Shown here: positions 1-11,900 of the stretch, in pieces | Numbering within the stretch: the first letter of the stretch is position 1 | Layout of the letters: every line of letters begins with the position of its first letter | Assembly (NCBI RefSeq): GCF_963921235.1 | Contig: NC_086109.1 | Location: forward strand, 310,001 to 374,000 | Length of the DNA stretch: 64,000 nucleotides | Direction of reading: 5' to 3' | Source of the DNA: Mobula hypostoma | Lineage: Eukaryota | Notes under the pieces: model-generated | What the model saw: only the letters and a program-made list of their open reading frames with translations | Told to the model about the DNA's origin: nothing | Databases searched by the model: none | Position numbers and translations under genes: made by a program

Positions 1-474
1 AGGACGATTTTGGGAATGAAGGGGTTACTGTGTGAGGAGCGTTTGGCAGCTTTGGGCCTGTACTCACTGGAATTTAGAAGAATATGGGAGGATCTCATTG
101 AAACTTACCAGATGTTGAAATGACTATGTAGGTTGGATGTGGAGAGGATATTTCCTTTGGTGGGGTATCCAGAATTAGAGGGCACAACCTCAGAATTGAC
201 GGATGACCCTTTGCAACAGAGGTAAGGAGAATTTTTTTTTTAGCCAGAGAATAGTGAATCTGTGGAATACTCTGTCACAAACCGAGGTGGAGGCCATGTC
301 TGTGAGTATATTTAAGGTGGCAGTTGATAGCTTCCTGGTCAGTCTGGGCATCAAAGGATATGGTGAGAAGGCAGGCGTATGGGGTTGAGTGGGATCCGGG
401 ATCAGCCATGATGGAATAGCAGAGCAGACTCGATGGGTGAATGGCCTAATTCTGCTCCTATGTCTTATGGTCTA
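1..474 (+). mobile_element. CR1-like LINE 3' end fragment
   Basis: ORF 203-388 FFSQRIVNLWNTL...GIKGYGEKAG is the CR1 ORF2 C-terminus, followed by the typical 3'UTR (gaatggcctaattctgctcctatgtcttatgg). Confidence 0.85.
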
Positions 475-1955
475 AGCTCTGGTAGTCTTTCTCTCTGTCC
501 ACTACACCCCTGATCTTGGTGTCATCAGTGAATTTGCTGATCCAATTAACCACAATATCATCCAGATCGTTGATATAGATGACAAACAACAATAGACCCA
601 GCACCACTAGTCAGGGGCCTCCAGTCACAGAAACCATCATCTACTACCACTCTCTGGCTTCTTCCAAGAAGCCAATGTCTAATCAATTTACTACCTCCTC
701 TTGAATGTCGAGTGACTAAACCTTCTTGACCAGCCTCCCATGTGGGACCTTGTCAAATACTTTACTAAAGTCCATGTGGACAACAACCACTGCCTTGCCC
801 TCATCAACGTTCCAGGTAACTTACTCTAAAACCTCTATACGATTGGTTAGACACAACCTACCACGCAAGAAGCCATGCTGATTAATCCCTAATCAATCCA
901 GGTCTTTCCAAATACTTATATATCCAGTCCCTTAGAATACCTTCCAATAATTTTCCCACTACTGATGTCAGGCCTACTGGCACATAATTTCCAAACAACA
1001 TCAGCTATCCTCCAATCCTCCTGTACCTCTCCTGTCACTAAGGATGATTTAAATATCTCTGCTAGGATCCCTGAAATTTCTGTATTTGCCTTCCAAAGGG
1101 TCTGAGGGAACACCTTGTCAGGCCCTGGGGATTTATCCACCCTAATTTGCCTTAAGACAGCAAACACTTTATCTCTGTAATCTGTATAGGATCCACGAAC
1201 TTGATGCTGTTTTGCCCCACTTCTATAGACTCTGTGTCCATCTCCTGAGTAAATACAGATGCAAAAAATTCCAATTAAGATCTCCCTCATCTCTTTTGGC
1301 TCCACACATGGATCACCATTCTGATCTTCCAGAGGACCAATTTTGTCCCTTGTGATCCTCTTTCTCCTAAAATATCTGTAGAATCCCTCAGGATTCGCCT
1401 TTATCTTGACTGCCAAGGCAACCTCATGCCTTTTTTTAGCCTCTCCAATTTATTTCTTAAGTGTTCTCTTGCATTTCTTATCCTCCCCAAGCACCTCATT
1501 TGTTCCTACCTGCCTGTACCTGCTATGCATCTCCTTTTTCCCTTAACCAGGGCAACAATATCTCCTGAAAAGCAAGGTTCCCTATGCTTGTTATCTTTAC
1601 CTTTTATTCTGACAGGCATGTACAAGCTCTGTACTCTCAAAATTTCACTTTTGAAGGCCTCCCACTTAGCAAGTACATCTTTGCCAGAAAACAGCCTGTC
1701 CCAATCCACACTTGTCAGATCCTTTCTGACATCATCAAAGTTGGCCTTTCCGCTATTTAGAATCTCAATCCACAGACAGACCTATCTTTTTCCATATTTA
1801 CTTTAAAACTAATGCCATTATGATCATTAGATACAGTCTTTCCTGACAAAATGTTCTGTCACCAGCCCTGTCTCATTCCCCAATATCAGATCAAGTATCA
1901 CACACTCTCTTATTGGGGCTTCTATGTACTAATTAAGGAAACTTTACTGAACATA
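475..1955 (-). mobile_element. Degenerate CR1-like LINE ORF2 fragment (tether/RT start)
   Basis: Minus ORFs with KIKANPEGFYRY, DKSPGPD and WRIADV motifs; reverse-strand DKVPH/FADD-like remnants near 520-780; frameshifted. Confidence 0.85.
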
Positions 1956-1959
1956 TGCA

Positions 1960-3193
1960 TTGAGTCAGTGGTGAGGAAGGTGAATGCATTAATTTCGAGA
2001 AGATGAGAATACAAAAGCAAGGATGTAATATTGAGGCTTTATAAGGCACTGGTGAGGCCTCACTTGGAGCGTTGTGAGCAGTTTTGGGCTCCTTAGAAAA
2101 ATGTGCTGAATGTGGAGAAGGTTCAGAGGTGGTTCACAAGAATGATTCTGGGATTGAAAGGCTTATCGTATGAGGAGAAGTTGATGGCTGTGGGATTTAG
2201 AAGAATGAGTGGATATCTCTTTGAAACCTGTCGAGTGTAGAAAGGCCCAGATGGAGTGGGGTTGGAGAGGATGCCCTTTGGCCCAACATGGCTATGCTGA
2301 CTAAGATGTCTGCCTGTTCTTTTGCATTTGGCCCGTATCCCTCCAAATTTGTCCTACCCATGTACCTGTCCAAATGTAAACATTGTAATTATACCTTCCT
2401 CTGGCAGATTGTTCCACACAACCACCAGTGAGTCGAAAACTTGCCCCTCAGGTTCTCGTAAATCTTTTCCCTCTCACCTTAAACCTGTGCCCGATAGTTT
2501 TAGATCCTTCTCCTCTGGGGAAAAGTCTGTGTCCATTCACCGGAGTTTTTACACCTCCAAGATTAGGTCAGCCACTTACTTTTGTCAGTCTCATAGTCTC
2601 CCATCAGTCTCTTACTCTCCAGGAAATACAGTCCCAAATTGTTGAGTCTCTCCATGTAATTCACATAAACAGCGGTTGAATGTGCATCAGTGGTCAAATG
2701 GCGTTCCGAGATGGGCAAATGGTGTTCTGAGATGGTCGAATGGCTTTCTGAGATGGGCAAATGGCGTTCTGAAGAGATGAATGATGGTTACTGTTGCCCT
2801 TACGCACCCCCCACCCCCACACCCCAGCCCCAGCCCCAGCAACATCCTTCTGGATTAATCCTGAACCTTCTCCAGGAATGAAGGAGTTGACATATGAGTG
2901 CATTTGATGGCTCTGGGTAAGTGTAGGAGGTCTTTGAAGGGCACTGCTTTAAATAAGGAGGAATTTCTTTAGCCAGAGGGTAGTGAGTCCGTGGAATGTA
3001 TTGCCACAGGCAGCTGTGGAGGCTGAGACATTGGGTATATTTAAAGTGGTGGTTGGCAGGCTCTTGATTCGTCAGGGCAGCAAAGGTTATGGGCAGAAGG
3101 CAGAGGAAAGGAGTTGAGAGGGATAATAAATTAGCTGTGTGGAATGGCGGAGTAGAACCAGGGACCAAATGGCCTAATTCTGCTCCTATGTCT
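1960..3193. mobile_element. Cluster of short CR1 fragments in both orientations
   Basis: LYKALVRPHLE-like sequence ~2035-2090 (+), reverse 3' fragment ~2270-2660, and a + 3' end 2880-3193 ending ggcctaattctgctcctatgtctta. Confidence 0.7.
2690..2773 (+). repeat. 21-bp tandem repeat, about 4 copies
   Basis: (g/t)ggtcaaatggcgttccgagat-like unit repeated directly. Confidence 0.75.
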
Positions 3194-4099
3194 TACGGGA
3201 GGTGAAAGAGTGCCAGGCTGTGGGAGAGGGCACTGAGGGTGGGGCAGTGATGGAGTTCGGTACACAGCTGCTGGACACAATGACAAAGCACAGACTTCAC
3301 TGAAATGTGTTCCCTCCTGTGAGAAATAACTAAGTCCAGAACTGATCTTTTAGACTGCTCCCCTGACACCAGTTGGAAAATCTGGTGCGCAGACATTCAT
3401 ATGGATTTGAAGTGCCCTTTTCCTGTTCATCTCCCAGTAGCACAGCAAACTGTTTCAAAGCTGCGTCAGAAGTTTGAGAATACTCCCACACAGCAGTCCC
3501 ATCACAGAGGGCAGGGCAGCACGTAAACTGCCGACTGACATATATCTACAGCAATGTGTCTCAGTGTTACAAAGAATGTGCAGTGTGTGTCAGTGTTTCA
3601 GAGTGGGGTGTGGGGTGAGTCAAGTGGGATTGAAAGCAAATCCAAAGACCTAGTATACATACATTAAAACAAACTGTGGGAATAGGGAGCACTCACAGAC
3701 AAGGGAGGAATTTAATGCTGGAATCAAGGGATGTGGCTGGGGACTTTGCATCAGTAGTCACCAGGGAGAAGAAGATGGAGATGGGTGAGACCAGGGAGGG
3801 CTACGCTGGTACGCTGGGAATGTTGGTATCAGGCTATCAGTTTGGTGTTTGGCCTCTTGAAGAACATGGATGTGGATCAGCCCTGGGGGCCTGATGGGAC
3901 CTATCCCAAGTTATTAAGAGGAAAGAGATGAACTCGAAGACTAATATCCAGTAGCACAGTCACGCACAGTAATATTCTGCTTCCATAGGTTGGTTATGGC
4001 ACGAGTGAGCTCCAGTCTCCAGGCTGACCTGCAGCCCATTCGATCTGCCAGTGCTTTCTCAGTAGCTCATCCCTCTGCTGACAGCAGGCTTCCGTTCAA

Positions 4100-5000
4100 C
4101 AAATACAGCTCAGCATTCAATGCTATCATACTCTAAATATATCACCATGCTCCAAGACCTGGGCCTCTGTACCTCTCTTTGCAACTGGATTCTTGACTTC
4201 CTCTTCTGCAGACCTCGGTTAGTACCGATTGGGAACATCGGCCCCTCACAGGCTAGCAACATGGGTACACGTCAAGGCTACATGCTCAGCCCCCGCTCTA
4301 CTCTCTGTACACCAGGCATAACTCCAGCACCACCTATAAATTCACTGACGACATCACTTTTGCTGGCTGAATCACGGTTGGTGCTGAGTTACCATACGGG
4401 AATGAGATAGGACATCTGCTTGAGTGCGCCACAATAACAATCCCACACTTAACATCAACAGAGCCAGTAAGCTGACTGCAGAAAGGGGAGTTCAGGAGAC
4501 CACATGTAATTCTCATTAGTAGGTCAGAGGTGGAGAGAATCAGCAGCTTCAAATTCCTGGATGTTAGCATTTCAGATGACCTGTGCTGGACCCAACATAT
4601 GGATAAAATCATGAAGAAAGCACGTCAAATATTTGATGTCTCCAGATACTCTAACTTCTATAGATACACTGTTTAAAGCAGGGTTTCTGAACCTTTTTTA
4701 TACTGTTGAGCCAGGGGTCCATGGAACCCTGGTTTAAAGTATCATGTCAGTTGCATCATGGCCTGGAAAGGCAATTCCAACACGTAGGAACATGAGGCTG
4801 CAGAGAGTAGTGGGCAGAGCCCTTCCCACCATTGACAGAAAGAAGCATTTATCAAGAATTGCCACCAACTGGGTCATGCCCTCGTCTTATTGCTCTTGTT
4901 GGGCAGGAGGTACAGGGGCCTGAAGCCTCACACCACCAGGTTTAAGAACAGTGAATTTCCTACAACCATTCAGTTCTTGAACTGACCTGCACAACCTCAC
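4100..5000 (+). mobile_element. Degenerate Rex1/Babar-like non-LTR retrotransposon fragment
   Basis: LCNWILDFL, QGYMLSP and VERISSFKFL-like motifs, frameshifted. Confidence 0.75.
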
Positions 5001-5184
5001 CTCAGACCACGCCTTGCATGACATGGAACTGTCTCTGATATTGTTTTTGTTGTTTTTTACACTCAGCTCCTGTATTCACACAGTTCTTCATTTTCACTGA
5101 ATGGTAGGATTTAAGTTCAGTGTGTTACCTGTTCCTATTAGTTTGTGAACCTGTGCGATTAGTTATTTTCATCTTTAGCCACAG

Positions 5185-6310
5185 TTGGTCAATAAACCCC
5201 AAGACCTGGTTCTCAATACTTCCTTGTGCAACTGGATCCTGGGTTTCCTCACTTACAGACCCGTCAGTTCAGATTGGCAAAAACATCTCCTCTGTGATCT
5301 CCATCAGCACAGGAGCACCACAAGACTGTGTGCTTATCCCCTGCTCTACTCACTTTACACCTATGACCGTGTGGCTAAGCACGGCTCCAACACCATATTT
5401 GAGTTTGCTGATGACACCACTGTTGTGGGCTGCATCAAAGATGGTGATGAATCAGCATTCAGGATGGAGACTGAAAATTTGGCTGAGTGGTGGCATAACA
5501 ACATCACTCAATGTCAGCAAGACAAGGAACTGATTGTAGACTTCAGGAGAGGGAAACCAGAGGTCCATGAGCCAATCCTCATTGCAGGATCAGAGGTGGA
5601 GAGGGTCAGTAACTTTAGATTCTGTAGTGTTACTATTTCAGAGAACCTATTCTGGACCCAGTATGTGAATTTAATTTCAAAGGAAGAACAACAGTGCCTC
5701 TTCCTTAGGAATCTGTGGAGATTCAGTACGACAACAAAAACTTTGACAAACTTCTAAAGGTGTGTATCAGAGAGTGTTTTGACTGGCTGCATCACGGCGT
5801 GTTATGGAAACACCAATGCCTTTGAACAGAAAATCCTACAAAAGGTAGTGGATTTGTCCCAGTACATGGGGGGGGGTAAAACCCTACCAACCATTGAGCA
5901 CATCTACATGAATCGCTGCCATAGGAAAGCAGCATCCATCATCAGAGATCCCCACCACCCAGGCCAAGCTCTCTTCTTGCTGCTGCCATTAGGTAGACGG
6001 TACAAGAGCCTCAGGACTCGTGTACAAAAAGGAATAACTACACCCACCTACCCACATATTGAGATGTTTCCACAACCAATAATCTCACTTTAAGATCTCT
6101 TTATCTTATTATTTCATGCTCAGGTTATTTATTGCTATTTATTTATCTTTGCATTTGCAGTTTGTTGTCTTCTGCACTCAATCTTTCATTGATTCTGTTA
6201 TTAGTTACTATTCTACAGATTTGCTGAGTATGTGCACAGGAAAACGAATCTCAGGGTTATATGTGGTGACATGTATGTAGTCTGATAATAAAATTCACTT
6301 TGAACTTTGG
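5185..6310 (+). mobile_element. Rex1/Babar-like LINE, 5'-truncated, with 3' tail
   Basis: LCNWILGFLT, STGAPQDCVL, FADDTTVVG, KELIVDFRR and IIRDPHHPG motifs; ends aataaaattcactttgaactttg. Confidence 0.85.
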
Positions 6311-6850
6311 AGAATAGCCAACACTGTTGCTGTGGTTAAGAAGGGCAATGGAGACACCGCAGAACATTAAAGACCGGTCAGCTTTACATCAGTGGTGGGA
6401 AAATTAAAGGAGAAATTTCTGAAGAATACTAACATAACTCACAGTACAGGCCCTTTCACCCACAATGTTGTGCTGACCTTTTAACCTGCTCTAAATTCGA
6501 TCTAAGCCTTCCATCCCACATAGCCCTCCAGTTTTCTATTATCCACTTGCTTATCTATGAGTTTCATAAAAGCCCCTAATGTATCTGTCTCTACCAACAC
6601 CCTGGCAGGATATTCCACACTCTCACCATTCTTAGTGTAAAAAAACTTACCTCTGACATCCTCCCTATACTTTCCTCCAATCACCTTAAATTCCGCACCC
6701 CCCCCCCCCCGCCCCACTATATTAGCCATTTCTACCTTGGCAAAAAGTCTCTGGCTGATACCCTAGTTCACTCAACTATTCTTCATGTTCACTGATCTAG
6801 GCAGCATCCAGGTAAATCTTCTCTGCACCCTTTCTAAAGCCTCTTAATTT
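6310..6850. mobile_element. CR1 fragments (+ RT start 6310-6425; - 3' end 6430-6850)
   Basis: RPVSFTSVVGKL-like codons on +; minus ORF 6502-6729 EDVRGKFF...LEGYVG. Confidence 0.7.
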
Positions 6851-6854
6851 TTCT

Positions 6855-7292
6855 ACATATTTTTAAATATATTTTCTATATATTTTTTCTCTTTTTTTCT
6901 CTCTCTTTTTTCTCTCTCTGTCCCTCTCACAATAACTCCTTGCCTGCTCTCCATCTTCCTCTGGTGCTCTCCTCCCCCTTTCTCTCTCCACAGGCCTCCC
7001 GTCCTGTGATACTCCCCCTTCTCCAGCCTTGTATCTCCTTTGCCAATCACCTGTCCAGCTCTTGGCACCATCCCTCCCCGTCCTGTCTTCCCCTATCATT
7101 TCGGATCTCCCCCCTCCCCCTCCCACTTCCAAATCTCTTACTAGCTCTCCTTTCAGTTAGTCCTGACGAAGGATCTCGGCCCGAAACGTCGACTGTACCT
7201 TTTCCTATAGATGCTGCCTGGCCTGCTGCGTTCACCAGCATTTTGTGTCTGTTGCTTGAATTTCCAGCATCTGCAGATTTCTTTGTGTTTGA
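6855..7292 (+). mobile_element. Penelope-like element terminal repeat (non-autonomous remnant)
   Basis: Pyrimidine-rich body followed by tcctgacgaagg...cccgaaacgtcgac and gatgctgcctggcctgctg...ccagcatctgcaga, recognisable as a PLE-type repeat; related degenerate copies occur at ~7810-7920, ~30757-30862 and ~32420-32540. Confidence 0.7.
7158..7195 (+). ncRNA. Minimal type I hammerhead ribozyme motif
   Basis: AGUC (7159-62) pairs with GACU (7191-94) as helix I; core CUGACGA 7163-69; helix II GGAU-cucg-GCCC with one mismatch; GAAA 7183-86; palindromic AC/GU minimal helix III; GUC cleavage triplet ending at 7190. Confidence 0.7.
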
Positions 7293-7590
7293 AATTTTCT
7301 ACAGTAGTGGTTTGCTATTGTCTTCTTCTGGGGAGTGTCTTTACAAGAGAGGTGACCCCAGTTACTATCAATATTCTTCAGAGATTGTCTGCCTGGCGTA
7401 ATAGGGGAAGCGGTTGCATAGCCAGGACTTGTGAGATACACCGGCTGCTCATGTGACCATCCACCTGCTCCCTTGGCTTCAGGGAGGGGGGTCTCTAAGT
7501 GGGCGTTACACCTTGCTCAACTCCGGGTTAACAGAGGGAAAGTGTGCCTTACACCTCCTTTAGTACAGACATAGCTCCACCCCACCACTC
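7293..7590 (-). mobile_element. Probable RTE-partner SINE-like repeat
   Basis: Reverse strand ends in cagaagaagacaatagcaaaccactac, resembling the RTE/BovB-type 3' tail (gaaggcaatggcaaaccact); recognised from memory only. Confidence 0.45.
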
Positions 7591-8119
7591 AACAGATATA
7601 GCATATGGCGTTTCATGTGGACAAATGTGAGGTGCTGAATTTTTGGAGGTGAAATGTGAGAGGAAAATATGGGAACTATTAGGAACATTGATACATGAGC
7701 AATCCGATCGTAGAAGTCCTGAAAGTGGCGGCATAAGGAGACAGGGTGGTAAATGCCAAGACTGCCCTCATTGGTCGAGGCATCACGTCCAATGACAGGG
7801 CAGCACAGACCAGGCAGCACCTATGGAAAAGAGTAAACAGTTGCTGTTTCAGGCCGAGACCATTCACCAAGCAGCACCTGTGGGGAAGAGTAAGCAGTCG
7901 ATGTTTCAGGCCAAGAAGCTGCATGGCGACTCAGTTGGAATGTCATTTTGACACAACTGGAGCATTGTGCAGCTCTGGGTGGCATTCTAGGAATGGTCTT
8001 AGTTCCGTGCACCATGCAGAACAAGTTCAACAGGGTGTTACCTGGATTAGAGAGTTTTAGTGGGACAAATTTGGATAATTTTCCCTGCAGATTCTGGTTT
8101 AGCATCTCTGGCACACAGT

Positions 8120-8968
8120 ATACTGTGGAAATTGTTGCTCAGCAGCAGTGATACTTTGCAATACATAATAATTTTTAAAACTATAAATTACAGTAATGTA
8201 TATATATAAAATATAACATAAACAAGTAGTGAACAAGGAGTAGTGTGGAGGTGTTCATGGGTTCAGTGGCCATTCAGAAATCTGATGGTGGAGGGGAAGA
8301 AGCTGTTCCTGAACCACTGAGTCTGTCCTGAGGCTTCTGTACCTCCTGCCTGATGGTAGCAGTCAGAAAAAGGCATGTCCTGGGTGATGGGAGTCCATAC
8401 TGATGATTGCCACCTTCTTGAGGTATCAACTTTTGAAGATGTGCTTGATGCTGGGGAGCTGGTGCCCGTGATCGAGCAGGTTGACTTTACAACTTTCTGC
8501 AGCTTTTTCTGATCCTGTGCAGTGCCCCATACCAGACAGAGATGCGACCAGTTAGAATGCTCCACTCGGTACATCAGTAGAAATTGGAGAATGTTTGAAG
8601 ACATACCAATTCTTCTCCAACTCCTAATTATGGATAGCCTTCTTTGTAATTGCATCAAGATGTTGGGAGCGACACAGACTTTTAGAGATGTTCACAGCCA
8701 GAAACTTGAAATCTTTCACCCTTTCCATGCCTGATCCCTCAATGTCAGCTGGACTGTGTCCTCTCCACTTCCCTTTTCTGAAGTCCACAATCAATTCCTT
8801 GGTCTCAGTGACTTCAAGTGCACGGTTGATTTTGCAACAGCACTCAACTAGCAGATCATTCCCACTCCCAGACAGTTCCTCGTCGCCATCTAAAAATGCT
8901 GCAAACAACAGACACGTCAGCAACAAATTAATAGATGGCGTTTGAGCAGTGCCAAGCCACACAGTCGT
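8120..8968 (-). mobile_element. Rex1/Babar-like LINE fragment
   Basis: Minus ORFs with TKELIVDFRK, ERVKDFKFL and FRNSFFPSTIRFLN; its 5' side ends at the satellite edge. Confidence 0.85.
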
Positions 8969-8969
8969 C

Positions 8970-11900
8970 TGTGTCACTGTATAGTGAGGGGTGAGGTGTG
9001 AGGGTTGTGTCAGTGTTCAGTGAGGGTGAGGTGTGAGGGCTGTGTCACTGTACAGTGAGGGTGAGGTGTGAGGGTTGTGTCAGTGTACAGTGAGAGTGAG
9101 GTGTGAGGGTTGTGTCAGTGTACAGTGAGGGTGAGGTGTGAGGGTTGTGTCAGTGTACAGTGAGGATGAGGTGTGAGGGTTGTATCAGTGTACAGTGAGG
9201 GGTGAGGTGTGAGGGCTGTTTCACAGTACAGTGAGGGTGAGGTGTGAGGGTTGTGTCACTGTATAGTGAGGGGTGAGGAGTGAGGGTTGTGTCACTGTAC
9301 ACTGAGGGTGAGGTGTGAGGGTTGTGTCACTGTATAGTGAGGGGTGAGGGGTGAGGGTTGTGTCAGTGTTCAGTGAGGGTGAGGTGTGAGGGCTGTGTCA
9401 CTGTACAGTGAGAGTGAGGTGTGAGGGTTGTGTCACTGTACAGTGAGGGGTGAGGGGTGAGGGGTGAGGATTGTGTCAGTGTACAGTGAGGGGTGAGGAG
9501 TGAGGGCTGTGTCTGTGTACAGTGAGAGTGAGGTGTGAGGGTTGTGTCAGTGTACAGTGAGAGTGAGGTGTGAGGGTTGTGTCACTGTACAGTGAGGGGT
9601 GAGGTGTGAGGGCTGTGTCTGTGTACAGTGAGAGTGAGGTGTGAGGGTTGTGTCAGTGTACAGTGAGAGTGAGGTGTGAGGGTTGTGTCAGTGCAGAGTG
9701 AGGGTGAGGCGTGAGGGTTGTGTCACTGTACAGTGAGAGTGAGGTGTGAGGGTTGTGTCACTGTACAGTGAAGGTGAGGTGTGAGGGTTGTGTCACTGTA
9801 TAGTGAGGGGTGAGGAGTGAGGGTTGTGTCACTGTACAGTGAGGGTGGGATGTGAGGGTTGTGTCACTGTACAGTGAGAGTGAGGTGTGAGGGTTGTGTC
9901 AGTGTACAGTGAGGGTGAGGTGTGAGGGTTGTGTCACTGTACAGTGAGGGTAGGTGTGAGGGTTGTGTCAATGTACAGTGAGGGTGAGGTGTGAGGGTTG
10001 TGTCACTGTACAGTGAGGGGTGAGGAATGTATCAGTGTAGAGTGAGGGCTGAGGGGTGTGTCAGTACATGGTGTGGGGTGAAGGGTGTGTCAGTCTACAG
10101 TGTGGTGTTAGGGTTGTGTCACTGTACAGTGTGGGGTGAGGTGTGAGGGTTGTGTCAGTGTACAGTGAGGGTGAGGTGTGAGGGTCGTGTCACTGTACAG
10201 TGAGAGTGAGGTGTGAGGATTGTGTCAGTGTACAGTGAGGGTGAGGTGTGAGGGTTGTATCAGTGTACAGTGAAGGTGAGGTGTGAGGGTTGTGTCACTG
10301 TAAGTGAGGGTGAGGTGTGAGGGTTGTGTCAGTGTACAGTGAGGGTGAGGTGTGAGGGTCGTGTCACTGTACAGTGAGAGTGAGGTGTGAGGATTGTGTC
10401 AGTGTACAGTGAGGGTGAGGTGTGAGGGTTGTGTCACTGTACAGTGAAGGTGAGGTGTGAGGGTTGTGTCACTGTAAGTGAGGGTGAGGTGTGTGGGTTG
10501 TGTCACTGTATAGTGAGGGGTGAGGAGTGAGGGTTGTGTCACTGTACAGTGAAGGTGAGGTGTGAGGGTTGTGTCAATGTACAGTGAGGGTGAGGTGTGA
10601 GGGTTGTGTCACTGTATAGTGAGGGGTGAGGTGTGAGGGTTGTGTCAATGTACAGTGAGGGTGAGGTGTGAGGGTCGTGTCACTGTATAGTGAGGGGTGA
10701 GGAGTGAGGGTTGTGTCACTGTACACTGAGGGTGAGGTGTGAGGGTTGTGTCACTGTATAGTGAGGGGTGAGGAGTGAGGGTTGTGTCACTGTCCAGTGA
10801 GGGTGGGATGTGAGGGTTGTGTCACTGTACAGTGAGAGTGAGGTGTGAGGGTTGTGTCAATGTACAGTGAGGGTGAGGTGTGAGGGTTGTGTCACTGTAC
10901 AGTGAGGGGTGAGGGGTGTATCAGTGTAGAGTGAGGGCTGAGGGGTGTGTCAGTGCATGGTGTGGGGTGAAGGGTGTGTCAGTCTACAGTGTGGTGTTAG
11001 GGTTGTGTCACTGTACAGTGAGGGGTGAGGGTTGTGTCATTGTACAGTGGGGGTGAGGTGTGAGGGTTGTGTCACTGTACGGTGAGGTGTGAGGGGTGAG
11101 GGTTGTGTCAGTGTACAGTGAGGGGTGAGGTGTGAGGGTTGTGTCACTGTACGGTGAGGTGTGAGGGGTGTGTCACTGTACAGTGAAGGTGAGGTGTGAG
11201 GGTTGTGTCAATGTACAGTGAAGGTGAGGTGTGAGGGTTGTGTCAATGTACAGTGAGGGTGAGGTGTGAGGGTCGTGTCACTGTATAGTGAGGGGTGAGG
11301 AGTGAGGGTTGTGTCACTGTACAGTGAGAGTGAGGTGTGAGGGTTGTGTCAATGTACAGTGAGGGTGAGGTGTGAGGGTTGTGTCACTGTACAGTGAGGG
11401 GTGAGGGGTGTATCAGTGTAGAGTGAGGGCTGAGGGGTGTGTCAGTGCATGGTGTGGGGTGAAGGGTGTGTCAGTCTACAGTGTGGTGTTAGGGTTGTGT
11501 CACTGTACAGTGAGGGGTGAGGGTTGTGTCATTGTACAGTGGGGGTGAGGTGTGAGGGTTGTGTCACTGTACGGTGAGGTGTGAGGGGTGAGGGTTGTGT
11601 CAGTGTACAGTGAGGGGTGAGGTGTGAGGGTTGTGTCACTGTACGGTGAGGTGTGAGGGGTGTGTCACTGTACAGTGAAGGTGAGGTGTGAGGGTTGTGT
11701 CAATGTACAGTGAAGGTGAGGTGTGAGGGTTGTGTCAATGTACAGTGAGGGTGAGGTGTGAGGGTCGTGTCACTGTATAGTGAGGGGTGAGGAGTGAGGG
11801 TTGTGTCACTGTACACTGAGGGTGAGGTGTGAGGGTTGTGTCACTGTATAGTGAGGGGTGAGGAGTGAGGGTTGTGTCACTGTCCAGTGAGGGTGGGATG

